64,000 nt of DNA from Octopus sinensis. Lineage: Eukaryota. The DNA lies in assembly GCF_006345805.1 (NCBI RefSeq), contig NC_043001.1, positions 87,234,001 to 87,298,000 on the forward strand. The letters run 5' to 3'. Numbering within the stretch: the stretch's first letter is position 1; the number at the start of each line of letters is the position of its first letter. Under the pieces are notes generated by a model. That model did not search any database and was not told where the DNA came from. It saw only the letters and a program-made list of their open reading frames with translations. The translations under genes were made by a program, and so were the position numbers. Positions 1 to 14,851 of the stretch are shown one piece after another.

Positions 1-48
1 TTTCTACAAGACACTGAATTTGAAAGACCTATTGTCAAATATGTGAAG
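1..48 (+). CDS. Candidate internal exon (3' part, runs off the window) of an unidentified gene
   Basis: Open frame FLQDTEFERPIVKYVK ends at AAG|GTACAT (phase 0), in frame with the candidate exon at 704-742. No homology recognised. Confidence 0.4.
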
Positions 49-703
49 GTACATGACCTAGTGGGTTGGATGTTTCACTCCTGATCATGAGATCATAGTT
101 TCAATCCCCAGATCAGCAGTGCATTGTGTTCTTGAGCAAAATACTTCATTTCCCATTGCTCTAGTCAACTCAGGCTTGAGATCCAGCAATAGCCGGGAAG
201 TTAGCCCTGTGACAAACTAGCATCCCATTCAGGAGTGAATGTTGTAATCTCGATTATTTATATGCTATGGAAACTAGGTTAAGTACTGGCCTTGTGAATA
301 CTAGGGCTAATGACAGAAGTAAGAATGTTTACCATACTAATATGGACATGTAACACAGACATATTGTATCAGGGTAGTAGAGGATAAATGAAGTAGAAGT
401 TGGTCAAACAAATGATTAAGATTGATTATTGATTTCAGCCTGAGGGGTTTCAGCCAGCCTCTTAGACAAAGTGATACTGTATTACTAACCTGTGAGTGAA
501 TACAGCTTATATTGATTTAGTTTAGCTTTGCTTTGGGCTGAGGTGTGTGTGTATGTGCGCAGTTTAATCCAAGGAGGAAACGCTGTGCCAATGATCTTTG
601 CAGGACCTTCAAAACTAGAGGTTTTCCAATATCCTTATTTGCTATATTGCAGAAATTTTATTAGTATTTTTGTGAGATTTTATTGGTTTGTGTTAATTTC
701 CAG

Positions 704-742
704 ACAATATTAGAAGAATATGGAGAGGTGGACATTGCTTCT
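704..742 (+). CDS. Candidate 39-nt exon (TILEEYGEVDIAS) of the same unidentified gene
   Basis: Acceptor tgttaatttccag|, donor |gtatgt, symmetric phase 0, no stop. Confidence 0.45.
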
Positions 743-2966
743 GTATGTCCTATACAAATGATAATGTCATGTTATATTTCTCTGAGTAATTCCAGAGATA
801 AATGTCTGGAATCTTAACTAGCTGGTTTTTTAAATCTTTTAGTTGAGAAAGAAGGTAGTGACCGTGACCATTACAGAGCCTCTTTAACTTGGCCTTACTG
901 CCTCCAGTAGGTATCCAAGGTGTCAGATGAAGGCATTAAATTGAGCAACAGATTAAGTCTACTACCCAAGTGGCCCATGGTGGGACTTAAACTCAGAACA
1001 TATAAGCAAGGTATCTAGGTCAACAGTCTAATAGATCTACCAATCCGCCATCTAGGACTGATAGTTTTTTTTTTAACCCCCAAAGAATAAATAGTAAAGT
1101 TGATTACAGCAGGATTTGAACTCAGAGCACAGAGCATGGGAACAAATATCACAAGACATTGTATCTGACATAATGACTTGCCACCTTGTTGTTCTTGGTA
1201 GTCTCTCCAGTCTGAGAAGGACAATTCTGCTATTTCTTGTTGAACTACCTTCACAGATTATTTGTCTAAAGTGTTCAAACTGTTCATGCTGTACATGAAC
1301 TCACTCTCTCCATGAAGTTGACATCTCCTATACAGGTGCTCAGTGTGCCACGCATCAGATATCCAAATGATTGCAGACCTCAAGGTCCAGGATTCAAAAC
1401 CACGATCTTATGATTGTAAGTGCAACACCACAACCACAAGGTCACATGCCCTCACTTTGCCAAGTTGTTGCCTACACACAAGATATATATTACATACAAT
1501 TGGACTGATTGTTTGAATATGTTTGATATATTTGGTATTTTCCTTAAACTTCTCCATGTTGAATTTTAAAGATGAGTCAAACACTCCATAGGACATAAGA
1601 TTAACAGAAGTAGCATATGTAGGAAGAGTACGGTTAAATAGTAAAATATATAAAGAAGAGTACAGTTAAATAGTAAATTATTAATACTGTCATGCCACCA
1701 AAGAGTGGAACTTGGAATGAAAAGTTTATTTTGTGTAATTAGTGAATAAAATGAACATTTAGCTTCCAAGCTGGTAATATAATCTGTTATGTGTTAAGTA
1801 GTTAATTATTCCTTGAGCTCATGGGAATAATTATAAAAGATTTTAATATCCTCATATTAAAGAATATATAATTTCTTTACTAAATCAACATGAGGTGTTG
1901 AAGCCACTCAAAACATCTGTGTATTCCACTTAATTAAACATAATCACTTTTTAAAATTCATCTCCCCCCCCCCTCTCTCTCTGCAACTTCTGCTTTCAAT
2001 CAAAATTAAAATTTTTTTTATGAAATGCAACATGCAAAATTAGTAATTCTACTGCAGTAAAGACTAGGAGAGCTACCAAAGGGACATGGAAATAATAATG
2101 AAAATAGACTCACAAATGGTCTATTCATTCAGTGTTAAAGTTAGGGATATGAAGTTTGTTATGACCTCATAAATCTACTGCCTGATGAGTATAGAGGTGA
2201 AATGATTACAGTGATAAATGTATTTGACTACCATGCCAGTATTTTTTTGCATACTTGGTCAATAAACTTAATTATAAATGGTTCCGTACATCTACTGGTT
2301 TGGAATTGGTATCAAATCTCTTTGATAAACTGGCATGTTAAACAGGATGGTGGAGAGTAAGAATGAGCGATCGCTTTTCAACTAAATCTTATTAAACTGG
2401 CACTGTATACTGGTACCATTATCCCCTTTCAGGCTAATACTGAGTAACCTTACAAAAATTAGTTTTCTGAATGTTGTATCTCTTAATATTTAGCCCTACG
2501 TCCTTTGACTTACACTTCCATCGGTCTTGACTTTTTCTCTCTGTCATTACTAATGCGCTTTTAAAACACACACCAAGCTGGTTACATTACTTTTATTGTA
2601 CTAGATTTTCCACAAAATTTATTGTCATTATTGTGTTCAACCCGTACATAGAAATAAATCAGGTGTTTCACTTTTAGCATAACTATCAGTGTTGTGCCTC
2701 TTTGCACATACACAAAAGGTGCCATAAATATTCTCTCTCATCTCCCTCCCTCTTGCCACAACTCAAAAGCAATTCAATTTTAATGAATCGTAACTGTAAC
2801 TAATAATGTATCCCTTTTCAATACTGATCCATAGTGCAATATAGTCACCTTCTGGTTAAAAGTTGTCAGTACGTTTTACGCATTTACTTGGTAAATCAGC
2901 GTTTTTCAACTGGGGTCCCACAAAAAAGAGTGAGATAAACTAATGCTAATTTCGTGATCGTAATAT

Positions 2967-4170
2967 ATCATCATCATCGTTTAACGTCTATTTTCCATGC
3001 TGGCATGGGTTGGACGGTCTGACTGGGTCTGGCAAGCCAGGAGGCCACACCAGGCTCTAATCTGATCTGGCAGTGTTTCTACAGCTGGATGCCCTTCCTA
3101 ACGCCAACCACTCTGAGAGTGTAGTGAGTGCTTTTTACATGCCACCAGCACAGGAGCCACATGGTGCTTTTTACGTTCCACCGGCAAAGGAGCCAGTCAA
3201 ATGGTGCTGGCATCAGCCACATTTGGATAGTGGTTTTTATGTACCACCAACAGGAGCCAGTCGGGGCAAGAGGGCTGGCATTGAGCATGTTTGGATGGTG
3301 CTTATTTCATTCCACCAAATTGGGAGCCAGTCAGGCAGCACTGGCATCAGCCACAATTACAATTTCCATTTGATTGTGGTGTGATTTGATTTTGATGTAC
3401 TTGACTCAGTAGGTCTCCTCAAGCACGGCATGTCACCCGTCAATCCAAAGGTACTTTTTTAAGTGGACTGATTATGCAAAACTTGTGTAGGCTACAGCTG
3501 TGATCTCACTTTACTTGTTGGGTCTTCTCAGTCACAGCATATCTCCAGAGGTCTCAGTTTTTCGTCATTGCCTCTGTGAGGCCCAGTGTTTGAAGGTCAT
3601 GCTTCACCACCTCATCCCATGTCTTCCTGGGTCTCCCTCTACCATGGGTTCCTTCTACTATTTAGGAGTGACACTTCTTCACACAGCTCTCCTCATCCAT
3701 CCATAGTACATGACCATACCAGCACAGTCATCTCTCTTGCATGCCACATCTTGTGCTTCTTATGTCCAACATTTCTCTCAGGGCACTTACACTTTGTCAT
3801 GTGTGCACACTGACATTACGGATCATGCTTGCTTCATTTCTTTCAAGTCTACGCATGTCTTCAGCAGTCATGGCCCATGTTTTGCTGCCATGAAGCATGG
3901 CAGTTCACACACATGCATCGTACAATCTACCTTTTACTCTGAGCAAGAGGCCCTTTGTCATCAGTAGAGGTAGGCACTTTCTGAACTTTGCCCAGGCTAT
4001 TCTTATTCTAGTGGTAACGCTCTCTGAGTATCCACCCCACTACAGACTTGGTCACCTAGGTAGCGGAAGCTATCAACTACTCCTAGTTTCTCCCCCTGGT
4101 GTGTGTGATCGAATCTGTTTTCTGAGCATCTGTGGTGTTTATTGCCCCTGTGCATCTGCTGCACATGAAA
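2967..4170 (-). mobile_element. 5'-truncated RTE-clade LINE: RT C-terminus, 3' UTR with internal tandem units, and (ATG)n tail
   Basis: Minus strand translates with stops to FRYLGDQV...TRIRIAWAKFR...KGRLYDACV...LHGSKTW...WYGHV...GRGRPRKTWDEVVKHDL, typical RTE motifs. It continues into the 3' sequence shared with many short copies and ends in gatgatgat. Confidence 0.8.
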
Positions 4171-5209
4171 GCATATATCCATAGTTGATTGCCATTCTGA
4201 ACGTCACATTTCTTTTGAAGAGCCTACAATAACATGAATGACTGCATGACTGAAAGACCTGGACTAGCATTCAACCTACATCATGAAGAAGAACTGCTTT
4301 GTGGTATCCAAATGAAGGTACCCCTTCCACACCACTGCAGCATACAGGGAAGTTTGTCATCTTTTGGCTATCAATCAACTGATAAGTCATTTGCTGACAC
4401 ATCAAGCATGAGTTTCAGCATCAACAGTTGGTTACAGACTACTCTATCAGTGAATACAAAAAACATAGAAAATGAGGCCATCTTCCCTGGTACTACCAGC
4501 ACATATTTCATCATTGTACACTATAGCAGCTTTGATTCATAAAATCATTTCCAGTGCCATGTGACCCTCTTCTTCTGGGTGCCATACACCTGCTTGTTTT
4601 AGAAGAATGGATTACTCATTTTGTTGTCAAAATTATACTATTGGAAAAAGAGCAATGAAATTAGCACGAAATAGCCATTGAGACATGCTGACCATATGTT
4701 TGCAGATACACAAATACCTTGCACAGTTGACAGCTACACCTTAGCCACAGAACAGTGCCTGCTTTAATTGCCTCCCAGTGTCCCAGATTGGTATCAAACT
4801 GGACAGCTAGGGATAGTTAAACTAAAGTTAGCATGGCATCTTTGCACGGGTTCAGATGTGTGTTAAATATTTAAATGTAGGTGTGGTCAAGAAATCAATT
4901 CAAAAGAATATCATGCACTGTTGTACTGTCTCAATGTTAAGAAATGGCTTCAACACATTGAAATATGAATCATCATCTTAGTTTTAACATGCTTGTGTAG
5001 TTGAGAAGCAATTCAATGAAGCAGATTTTCTACAGCCAGATTTCATTCCTATCATCAACTCTCACCTGTTTCCAAGCAAAGTAATATTCCTCAGTGGCCA
5101 GACATGTTTTCATGGAATACTGGAAATGAAATACACCACCTGTATCATGGTGACACTCATTTACAACTACCACATGATATCAGGACAAGGAGAAAAACAT
5201 ATGCATGCA

Positions 5210-5528
5210 TGTGCCAGTGGCACGTAAATAGCACTATCCGAATCGTGGCCGATGCCAGTGCCGCCTTGACTGGCTTCTATGCCAGTGGCACGTAAAATGC
5301 ACCAATCCGATCGTGGCCATTGCCAGACTCCCCTGGCACCTGTGCAGGTGGCACATAAAAAGCGCCCACTACACTCACGGAGTGGTTGGCGTTAGGAAGA
5401 GCATCCAGCTGTAGAAACACTGTCAGATCAGACTGGAGCCTGGTGCAGCCTTCTGGCTTCCCAGATCCCTGGTTGAACCGTCCAACCCATGCTAGCATGG
5501 AGAACGGACGTTAAATGATGATGATGAT
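5210..5528 (+). mobile_element. RTE-3'-end-type short retroelement copy (family A)
   Basis: gtggttggcgttaggaag.gcatccagctgtagaaac...ccaacccatgctagcatgg...gatgatgatg, the same as the tail of the 2967-4170 LINE, with three gtggcacgtaaaa units. Confidence 0.8.
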
Positions 5529-7353
5529 ACATACACATATGTGCATGCTGAAACACACACACCCATAAATACAATGGGCTTTGTCAGTTTCCATCTACAA
5601 AATCCACTCACATGGCTTTGGTTTGCCCAAGGTGCGATGTAACGGGACTGAACCCAAAATCACATGATTAGAAAACAAACTTCCTAACCACACAGCCATG
5701 CAATAATAAAATGATCTAGAATCAGTGGATATGTTGGTAATCATAGAACCCTCTGGACTGGACTGTGGTAATGACAAATGTTCATACAGTAAGATTTGCT
5801 TTTCCTATGCTCTGAGATCACTATCACCATTTTCACTAACAGCAGCATGTTGAAAGCTGCAATCCACCTGAAGGCCAAGAATGGAAAGCAGTACAAGTAT
5901 ATGTCACTGCTAGATGCACATCATTTTTAACCAGTGGCAATGGCAACTGGTGTAGATAATCATCAGGATCCTCATCAGGACATATGCAACTGCAGTGGCA
6001 AATGAAGTGGTCTCATGATTGTCATAAACAAATTATTGTTCATAGTAATGCAATGTATATCAATGCACTGCTGATATATTTCTTTTCATGTATTCTGTAT
6101 ACGTGTAAACTTTGTGTGCACATGTGCAGACACAGGCATGGTTGTGTAGTGAAGAAATTCATTTCACAACTACATCATTTTGGGTTGAGTCTAACTGCAT
6201 GGCACCTTGGGCAATAACTCTGAGTTATCCAAATTTTTACGAGTAGATTTGATAGATGAAAATTGAATGAAGCCCATCTTATATGTATGTGTGTTTTGAC
6301 ATCGTATAAAAGATGTAAATGAGTGTCACCTTCATACAGGTGTTCCTTGTTTCCAGTCTTTTGTGCTAACGTATCTGGCTATAGAGAAATAGTACCTTGC
6401 TTAGAAATTAGTGAGGATTGGTGACAGGAAGGACAGTAATGTTTCAAATTTTTAGATGCTTATTATCATTATGTTATAACATAATGTATAGTCATGGGGT
6501 GTATGTATCTGATGATAATAAATTTTTGCCTTTTACTCGTTTCAGTCTTTATACTGTAGCCATGCTGGTACACCACCTTGAATAACTTTAGTTGATGAAT
6601 GAATTGACCTCAGTACTTTTTTGTTTTAAACCTGGTATTTATTCTGTTAGTCTTTTTTGCTGAATACTAAGTTACAGGGACATAAACAAACCAACACTGA
6701 TTGTGAAGTTGGACACACACATATATAACAGGTTCTTTCAGCTTCCATCTACTAAATCCACCCTCAAGGTTTTGGTTGGCCCAAGGCTGTAGTAGAAGAC
6801 ACTTCACCAAGGTGTCACACAGTAGGACTAAACATGGAAGTGTTTTTTTTTGTTTTTTTTTTATTTCAACTGATTTTGTGTACATGAGCTGTTATAGGAA
6901 GAAGAATTCAACTTTATACACAATATATTTATTAATGTTTGTTTTTATATTGTCATAATAAAAACAATTTTAGATTGATCTGGTAGATTACCCTATAGTT
7001 TTGTAAAGCACAAATTTATTATTCTTAAACAAGAATGTTATGTATTTTACATGCAGTGATTAGGAAAAATTAGAAAAGTTATTTTTAAGGTAATTGAGCA
7101 ATCTCTCTGTAATATTTACATGTCACAGAGTGCTTTTAAAAGTAAGACATGATTTGGACTGTAATTGGCCAAAATCTTTCTGAAGTAATTCATTGTTAAT
7201 ACACAATTTCTTCTGCTTGTATTAATTTCAATGTCTGTGGCCATGGAAATGCATTATAACATTTGTTGGTTATAAATAACACACCTCTTTTAGTAATATT
7301 TCATTCAATACAATGTAGAACAGCACACTTAGTTATTTGGCTTCATTTAATAG

Positions 7354-7494
7354 CCAAAGTGTATGGGCTCTTGCAGAACTGTAAAAAGGTCGACATATAT
7401 CATGCAGCAGCTAGCATATTCATGTCTGGAACACACACAAATGAACACAGTTGCTACTAACCCCACCCACATGCTCTCCATAGGCTTACAGTAA
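7354..7494 (+). CDS. Candidate terminal exon (PKCMGSCRTVKRSTYIMQQLAYSCLEHTQMNTVATNPTHMLSIGLQ*)
   Basis: Acceptor ttcatttaatag|, 46 open codons in phase 0, then AT-rich UTR-like sequence with AATAAA at 7947-7952 followed by a TG/T-rich tract. The link to the upstream exons is inferred. Confidence 0.35.
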   Translation, partial: PKCMGSCRTVKRSTYIMQQLAYSCLEHTQMNTVATNPTHMLSIGLQ

Positions 7495-9099
7495 TACATA
7501 ATTCACTGCCCACTATTTCCAGTATGTACAGAGAGCTAAGCTAGTGGTATTTAGTTATTTAGCTAAACCTTATTTGGTTCTTGATTTGGGATTAGTTTTG
7601 TGAACAAATGCTTACCTTATTTAAAAAGGTAACGCCTGTGACCATTTATTTAGTTTGCTTTTAAAAAAAAAATATATGAAAATATAAAAAGAAAAATTAA
7701 CACAAGTTTTTTAAAATATTGTTTGTTAGATTTTATTTATTTTGTATTTTCCTCTCAAAAATTCCTTGATTGATTTCAGTTAAGATTTTTTTTTTCTTTT
7801 ATAAAATAGATGAAGATTTTGTGTCAAAATGATTATTGTATAATGTAACTATATCAATAACCTTCTTAATGTCACACGAAAGACTTTGAAATATCAGGAG
7901 AATAGTGGTATTTAGATGGCTTGCATTAATAACATTAAACACCTAGAATAAAATGTGTTCTTGTTCTAAATGTCTTACTTGCTTTGTTTAATGTAAATAA
8001 GCCATGTTAGTAGCACCATGGGCATATGAAGCTGGTGGGGCAGCATGCAACTGTCCTCACAAATTAGTTCAAAATTAGAGGGAAAATTTGGGCAAAGCAA
8101 GAAGAAAAATCATACAGAAGCCAAAAAATTAACAAATGAACCATGATTGGCAAATCAGTTGCCAGTTAATTGTTCAAAAAAATGCTCAATAATCTTCTAT
8201 TTTCTTCTTGCTTCCATTATTGTGGCATGCTGGGCACCACCCTGAAGTGTTTAGTCAAACAAATTGACCCCAGTGCATGTTTTTAAGTCTGATACTTATT
8301 CTAATAGTGCCTTTTGCTGATCCGCTAAGTTATGTGGGTGTAAATAAACCAACACCAGTTGTCAGGTGGTGGTGGTGGTGATGGTGCACACACGCACACA
8401 CACACGCACACACAGTTTATGCCTCCCAAATTCAACTCGCAAAATATTGGTTGATTTATGACTATGGTTGACGACACTTGCCCAAAGTGCCATGCAGTGG
8501 GACTGAACCTGAAACCATGTGGTTGCAAGAACCTCTTAATAATAAATGTCATGCAATCTTTTTAAACTTGTTTTTTTTTTAGTAAGGAAATTAACTTATC
8601 CCTCTTTTTCTCTGAGTTGGTCTCTTTATTGCACTTCACTCTAGTCTCATTTTCAGTTATTATATAAAATCCCAAAGGTTTTCATTCTTTCTGTACTTTG
8701 TAATAATATTTGTATGACATCTGGGAAAAGGAAGCCAAACATACTCATTATCAAATCTGTTTATTGAATCGTCAATCAGTGATATATGGGCTGCTCTTAC
8801 CAGTGCCAGTTGTATTCTTGTCAGACACTAAATTAAAGTTCTGTATGCTAAATCTCACCCTGGGAAAAACATGCAAACCATCTTATCATAACATAAAATG
8901 TGCAGAATGTGACAAGCAAATAGACTCTTGATTGCGAAGAAAAACATGCTACGACTTTTCATGCCTGTCAAAATGTAGCTTTTACATCAGTGCCATCATC
9001 ACCACCAAAAGAAAAAAAAAAAAGAACTGGAAGAGATAATACTGAATGTACATATTTAAGAAAGGAAAAAAAATTCAACACTAAATGTTTTAAAGAAGA

Positions 9100-11180
9100 A
9101 ACAAGTTAATAGTAAAAGTGATATATCCATAACCCACACAACTTTTCTAAGTGTCTCCAAGAACAACTTTGTTGATAGCAAACATGAGGATATTATCTAT
9201 GAAAAAAAAAGTCTGACTCCTTCAAATATGAAAATATTTCAAGTGACAGAAACAACAAATGAATATGAGCTGTGAATCTTTACTGTTTCTGCTGAATGAT
9301 GTCACTGAAACCTCAGGCCAAGTCAGATAATTTCAACACTATCATAAACCAGATACTTGTTAAAGAATTTAGTTTTTAGTGATAGACTTCAAGAATGAAT
9401 GGTTAAAATTTTCTCTTTGGTCTATCTTATGACATTGACAAATTCAACTGGTTTTTGTGTTGTCCTTGTAAAGTGTTGATATATACACACACATACAGCA
9501 ATACTAACTTTTGAATACTGGTAAAAGACGAGCCTGATTACAAAGCAAGAGAAAAGTGTTTGCCATTAGCTGGCCTTTATTAGGTTATCAGCAAAAGCAA
9601 AGCACAAAGCATTGATATTAGATCAAGTAAATACTGTAAGCAAATGGCAAATAACACAGAACTGAAACTACTTGAAAATTATTATCAAAACTCTCCTGTT
9701 CTCTAACAAAACCTAGCTCAGCAAGGTCATGCAGAGGACTTTGGTTAACATAGGTAAAGTTTGGTATTACCTGTAGTAACTTTTTGAAATTTCTACATCA
9801 TCAATTCAAGAATATTCCTTGGTTGAGAGGAAACTGAAAATTCACTAAGATATATATATATATATGCAGTAGAACTTACTTAACATTTAAACCAAAATCC
9901 TTGATATCATAGCTTCTGTTGTTTTAGGCATCGTAGCAAAATGGTTTGAAAAAGTGTTCAGAATGTTCCATTATCATTGAGGAAATATTAGATACCAACA
10001 AAATTGAGCAAGTCACAATATACCCTGAAATTCATTGATGAAGGAGTAATCATGGAGTCTTTCATTGAATTTTATGCAACCCCTCCTACTGAAGGCTGTT
10101 CTCTAGGAGTTAGTCAAAAATGTATTCTGTGAGTTGAGATTGAAACTTGGCAAAATTGTTGCAGACTATTTTGATAGTACAGTAAATATTAGCAGTGTTC
10201 ATTGAGGTATAGCAACAAGAATAAAAGAATTATTCCCCACTGTGTCCATTGTTTGGGCAACTCAAATCTTTCTATCCAAGATACACTGACAGATACTGAA
10301 CCACTTTTCAATATCTTAGGAACTCTTTAGAGCCTCTGCAACAATGTGGTAGTATAGTTACTTTATATTATAAAGATATTACTTGACAAATGATCAAGAC
10401 CCTATGACATAAATAACAGTGCATTATTCAATGCCATATATGATTTTTAACTCTTTTTAAAATTCATTTTCATGAAAATAAAGCTGCCAAAAAACAGTCT
10501 CATAAAATTCCCACAGGGAAACAAGAACTAGGTGTTATAAACACCAGGACAGCTCTAGCATTTAAGGAAACTCTAACTGCAGAAATTAAGGAAATTGAAA
10601 GTGTTTGCTGAAAAGTTAGGTGAATCTATGGAAGAAATCGTCCAAAGTACAAGATTTTTGTTGAAGAATCAAATGTTCCACAGAGATTGTATCACATTGA
10701 TTACTTCACCAAGAGAAGTATCACTGGATCAAAACTGTCATCTCATATCCACTCATAATTTCAGTTATTGTGGAAATGGATATGGGATTTAATGATAATG
10801 ACTATGATATTCTTTGTGCACTCAGCTCTATTATCCTGTTTTCATGCATTAGATGACTCGGATAAGCACTATCAACTTGTCAGATGAAGGTGTTGATCTG
10901 GATATCCTAAAGATAGCTGAGGTAATTCATATAATCTTGTGACCATATCTATCCATCAGATTTATAAGCATTTACATATGATGGTGTTGAAACTATTTAC
11001 AAGAACAGACTTCATGGTATACTATCAGTGTTCAACAAAATCACTGGTCTATTTGCTATCAATCCTGCCACATCATGTTCTGTAGAGTGCTTTTTTTAGT
11101 GACCTCAGACAAATGGCATAACTGAGGGGCACAATGGGTCATGTGTGACTAAACTCTGGCAAAACTGAATAACAACTACC
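9100..11180 (+). pseudogene. Decayed hAT-superfamily transposase (ZMYM1/DUF4371-like)
   Basis: About 9965-10090 reads SIIIEEILDTNKIEQVTI..KFIDEGVIMESFIEFY (resembling FSIIADETTD...EQL). About 11060-11150 reads PATSCSVECFF...LRGTMG (hATC dimerisation motif). Many stops and frameshifts; boundaries approximate. Confidence 0.7.
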
Positions 11181-11839
11181 TTACAAGCTTGGCTTTTCAA
11201 TACTTATAGATAATCATTAGCTGTTACTAAATTTATCACTTTACTGAAGATAGAGTCTTAGTCTTTCTTTGTTCTACATTCGTAACAACAATATCTTAGT
11301 TTTTTTTTTTTTTATGTTAGAAGATATAGACATTCTGAAATATGTTCTATATATTCTAGTGAATGACATTACTTTCAATTTCAATTGTCAAATTCTTAAC
11401 AGGAAAGAACCAAAATGGGATCAAATGAATACAGTGCTAACCACTTTTATTTTATTTTATTTATTTATTGAATGGCTGTATTTATTTCTAACATTTTATT
11501 TGTTATTTTTGGATATATTAATATATATATGAACTCTTAACTCCCGGATAAGAAGAAGAAATTCAGTTTTTTAACTCCTGGTAGAATAATTACACACCCT
11601 TCCCATTAATGGTAACTTTCTACTTGAATCTAATCAGTGTGATCACGAACACTTACATCAGAATTGTTCTTTGCATGTGTGATTCTGTGTGTGTGTGTGT
11701 GTGTGTAATATGGAGGGAAAATGTCTAATGTCCAAGGGAATTTATGATTGTTTCCATTAGTATAAAAAAAAAGATAAATTTAAAAAGCATTTGATAAAAT
11801 TTGTGTGTTGGAAAGAAAAGCGATATTTATTTCTCTTTC

Positions 11840-12225
11840 ACCTTTTACTTGTTTTAGCCATTGGACTATGGCCATGTTGAAGCACTGCCTTGAAGGGTTT
11901 TAGACAAACAAATTAATCCCAGTACTTTTTTTTTAAAAGTCTGCTGTTTATGCTGTCGTTCTCTTCTGCCAAATCACAGCTAAATTATAGGGATGTAAAC
12001 AAACCAACCCTAGCTATCTAGCAGTGGTAGGACAAACACAGACAGAAAGACACCTGCATAAATACATACACACAAACAACAGGCTTCTACTCAGTTTCCA
12101 TCTACCAAATTCACTCATAAGGCATTAGTAAACCTGGGGTTATAGTAGAAGACACTTGCCCAATGTGCTGCACAATGGGACTGAACCCAAAACCATGTGA
12201 ATGAAAAGTAAGCTTCTTAACCATG
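11840..12225 (-). mobile_element. tRNA-derived SINE (family B), diverged
   Basis: Reverse-complement match to the 16361-16750 copy. Confidence 0.7.
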
Positions 12226-14648
12226 TCTATTTGTTTCTTTATCTTTCCTTTTGGTAGGCAGTGATGTTTCACAACCATCGACAGCTTACATGTTTTCTGA
12301 ATGTATCTTTATCCTCTATTACTAAAGTGTGATTCTTAATCAATTAAGCTGAGCTGTTGTTGAAGCCAGACCAAGCAGTAAGTTATCATAATTATGTTAT
12401 TATGACCAAGTGAACTCAATGTTTTACTGACTCACGTTGACACATTGTAAACCCTGTCTTTGTTCCATTAGTCACCACTAATAAAGATCAGCTGAGACAT
12501 ATTGAATCAAGCTTTTGTGTTCCATTAGAGTTACAATATAAGCGGGTAGTTCATAATCTAATTTCATGGCACACTCGAGATCAAACAAGCAATGACTAGT
12601 GCACTTTGTGTGGAAATTTAAAGAATTGTTTTTGAAGTGAAAGTTTTAGAGGTAAAATGTGTAGAAAAGTATTGGCTGTCTTGTTTTATTTATGATATTT
12701 CTTTTAGTTAGTGTCAGCCATCACCCACAAATGAGTTGGCTTGGTAGCATGTACCATGCTTTCACTAATAATTTTAGGTATTTAGGTAGTCACAAACAGA
12801 CATAGAGACCGTCTCAACTCTGCCACCCAGCAACATTTCCAGAATGTGACAGCTGGAGGAAGAGAGGGATCTGCACCAGTGTTCAGATGGTACTCATTTG
12901 CAGCTGAATAGACAGGAAAAAACATGAAATGAAGGGCCTTGTTCAAGGACTTAATGCACTACCTAGTCCAGGAATTGAACCCACAACCACTAGATCATAT
13001 GCTTTCACTCAAAACACTTCTAGCAAAATTATGAATAGCATGTTTTTCAAGACAATTAATTGTGCAATAATATGGATCTTTTAAAATCTTTAAATTATGA
13101 TTTTGAAACTCCACAGCTTTTATAACACACTATAAATGTGTTTTATCTGAGTCTTTGAAAAGCAAGTAGAAATTTGTTTTAAATTTCAACAGAATTAGGG
13201 TGGACAGATTAACAAATAGGAAGAATATCTAAACATGGATCTTAGTTCATTGTATAATTGGGATGGAAAGAATTAAAACTAAAAAATTGTAATAGTCTGT
13301 GCTTAAAAGTATCATAAAGGCTCCATTGAAATATTATTCAGAAAATACTGTTACATTTCAGTCAAACAGGTGTTGTAAGTTAGTGAATAGTAAACTTAAT
13401 CAGATGTGTCATCTCCAAAATATTAGCTCTGTAACCTGCCAAAAGAAACTACTATTCCTCATGCGTTGTTATGCTTTCTCAAGATATTGCTTGCAATAAT
13501 TTCTCACAAGAATATAATTCAGAATCCAGAAAGAAATGGATTAAAAAAATTTTTTTTTTTTTTTGGTGACAATGTGAGGCAATTTAGATAATTAGTATTG
13601 TTATATCAATAATGATGGTGAATGTTTAACTTAGTACTTTCATTCACTTTGTTTACTAACAATAATGCAATTGTAATTATCATAGTTCCTTTCTTTCTGC
13701 CCAGTCATTTTACTAAGACATCACTAAGTTCTTTTAACATCAAAGGTTTTTTTTTTTCCTAAGGCATCTTATTGTTGTAACAATGTCAGCCAGCTCATAA
13801 TATTTTCTAGTTATCCTACTTTTAAATCTATATTTCAGACTAGCTTCCAAAATTTTTATCCTTACTAATGAGCTGCTGTAAACATCAATTATCCACCAAA
13901 GAGCTTAACCTTTTCATCAACATATTTCTTTTGAAATACACAGTTTATTTTAATCAAGTTTGAAAATCTGAAGAATTTAGTAAAATAACTGTCATATCAA
14001 GTTGGCATTTGAAACCTAAATTAATATGAAATTTTGATGGAAGGTTTTAAATCTAGGTCACTTTAACACTTTAGCATTTAAACTGGCCATATCCTGCTAA
14101 AATATTCTACCTATTTTATGTTCAAACTGGTCATATCTGGCCTCTCACATCTATCCTACAATGTCATTTTAAAAATAATTACTTCATTGAAATCCTAAAG
14201 CTACAAGATAATGCATGATTAATTCCAAAATAGTGAATAAACAAACATTATGCTTGACAAAGTTACCTGAATACTAAAGGGTGAAAATAGGAAATGTGCA
14301 TCATAGGACCAAGTGCAGTAGCAGGTAGATTATCATCAAAAGGTTTAAGGCACATATGCCCTGATAATAAACTTGATTGATTTCTGTAGCACATATTTAG
14401 CTTTCTCTTGTATTACAAAAAAAAATAAAATTGCACAATGCTCATTGGTGGATCTGAATTCAGCTGTAAATGCTAATGAAGCTCTCCTCAGTTTTACTGT
14501 GAGGCTAAGTAAATTGAGTGAAATAGGGTTTAATCCTTGGTCAGACCTAATTAAACTTACTTATGGTCAAAAGCATTCTTGCCTTGATTATCCCATCTTT
14601 TATTGTACATCAAGGACTACATCATCCAATGTGTCCTACCTGTTTTAA

Positions 14649-14851
14649 CCCTTTTGTCACCATATTTCAGTTGAGATGCTCAATTTTAAATATAACAATG
14701 AATTTAGTAAAATAATTTAGTTATCATTAAGCTAGTGTCAAGAACATGAATTGTGACTAAGGTTTGGAAGATTTTGATACAGAAGTTTTGAAAACAAGAC
14801 ATTTGTACTACAGATCCAGAGGCAGTTTCGGGTGGGTTGGTATCAAAAGGG
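14649..14851. mobile_element. TTAA-flanked piggyBac-like MITE
   Basis: TTAA|CCCTTTTG...CAAAAGGG|TTAA. Related copies at 51329-51534 and about 31945-32147. Confidence 0.7.

Noticed and set aside
843-887. Alternative terminal exon LRKKVVTVTITEPL* for the upstream gene
   Set aside because: The acceptor is plausible, but the peptide is short, the downstream sequence is repeat-like rather than UTR-like, and nothing else supports it.
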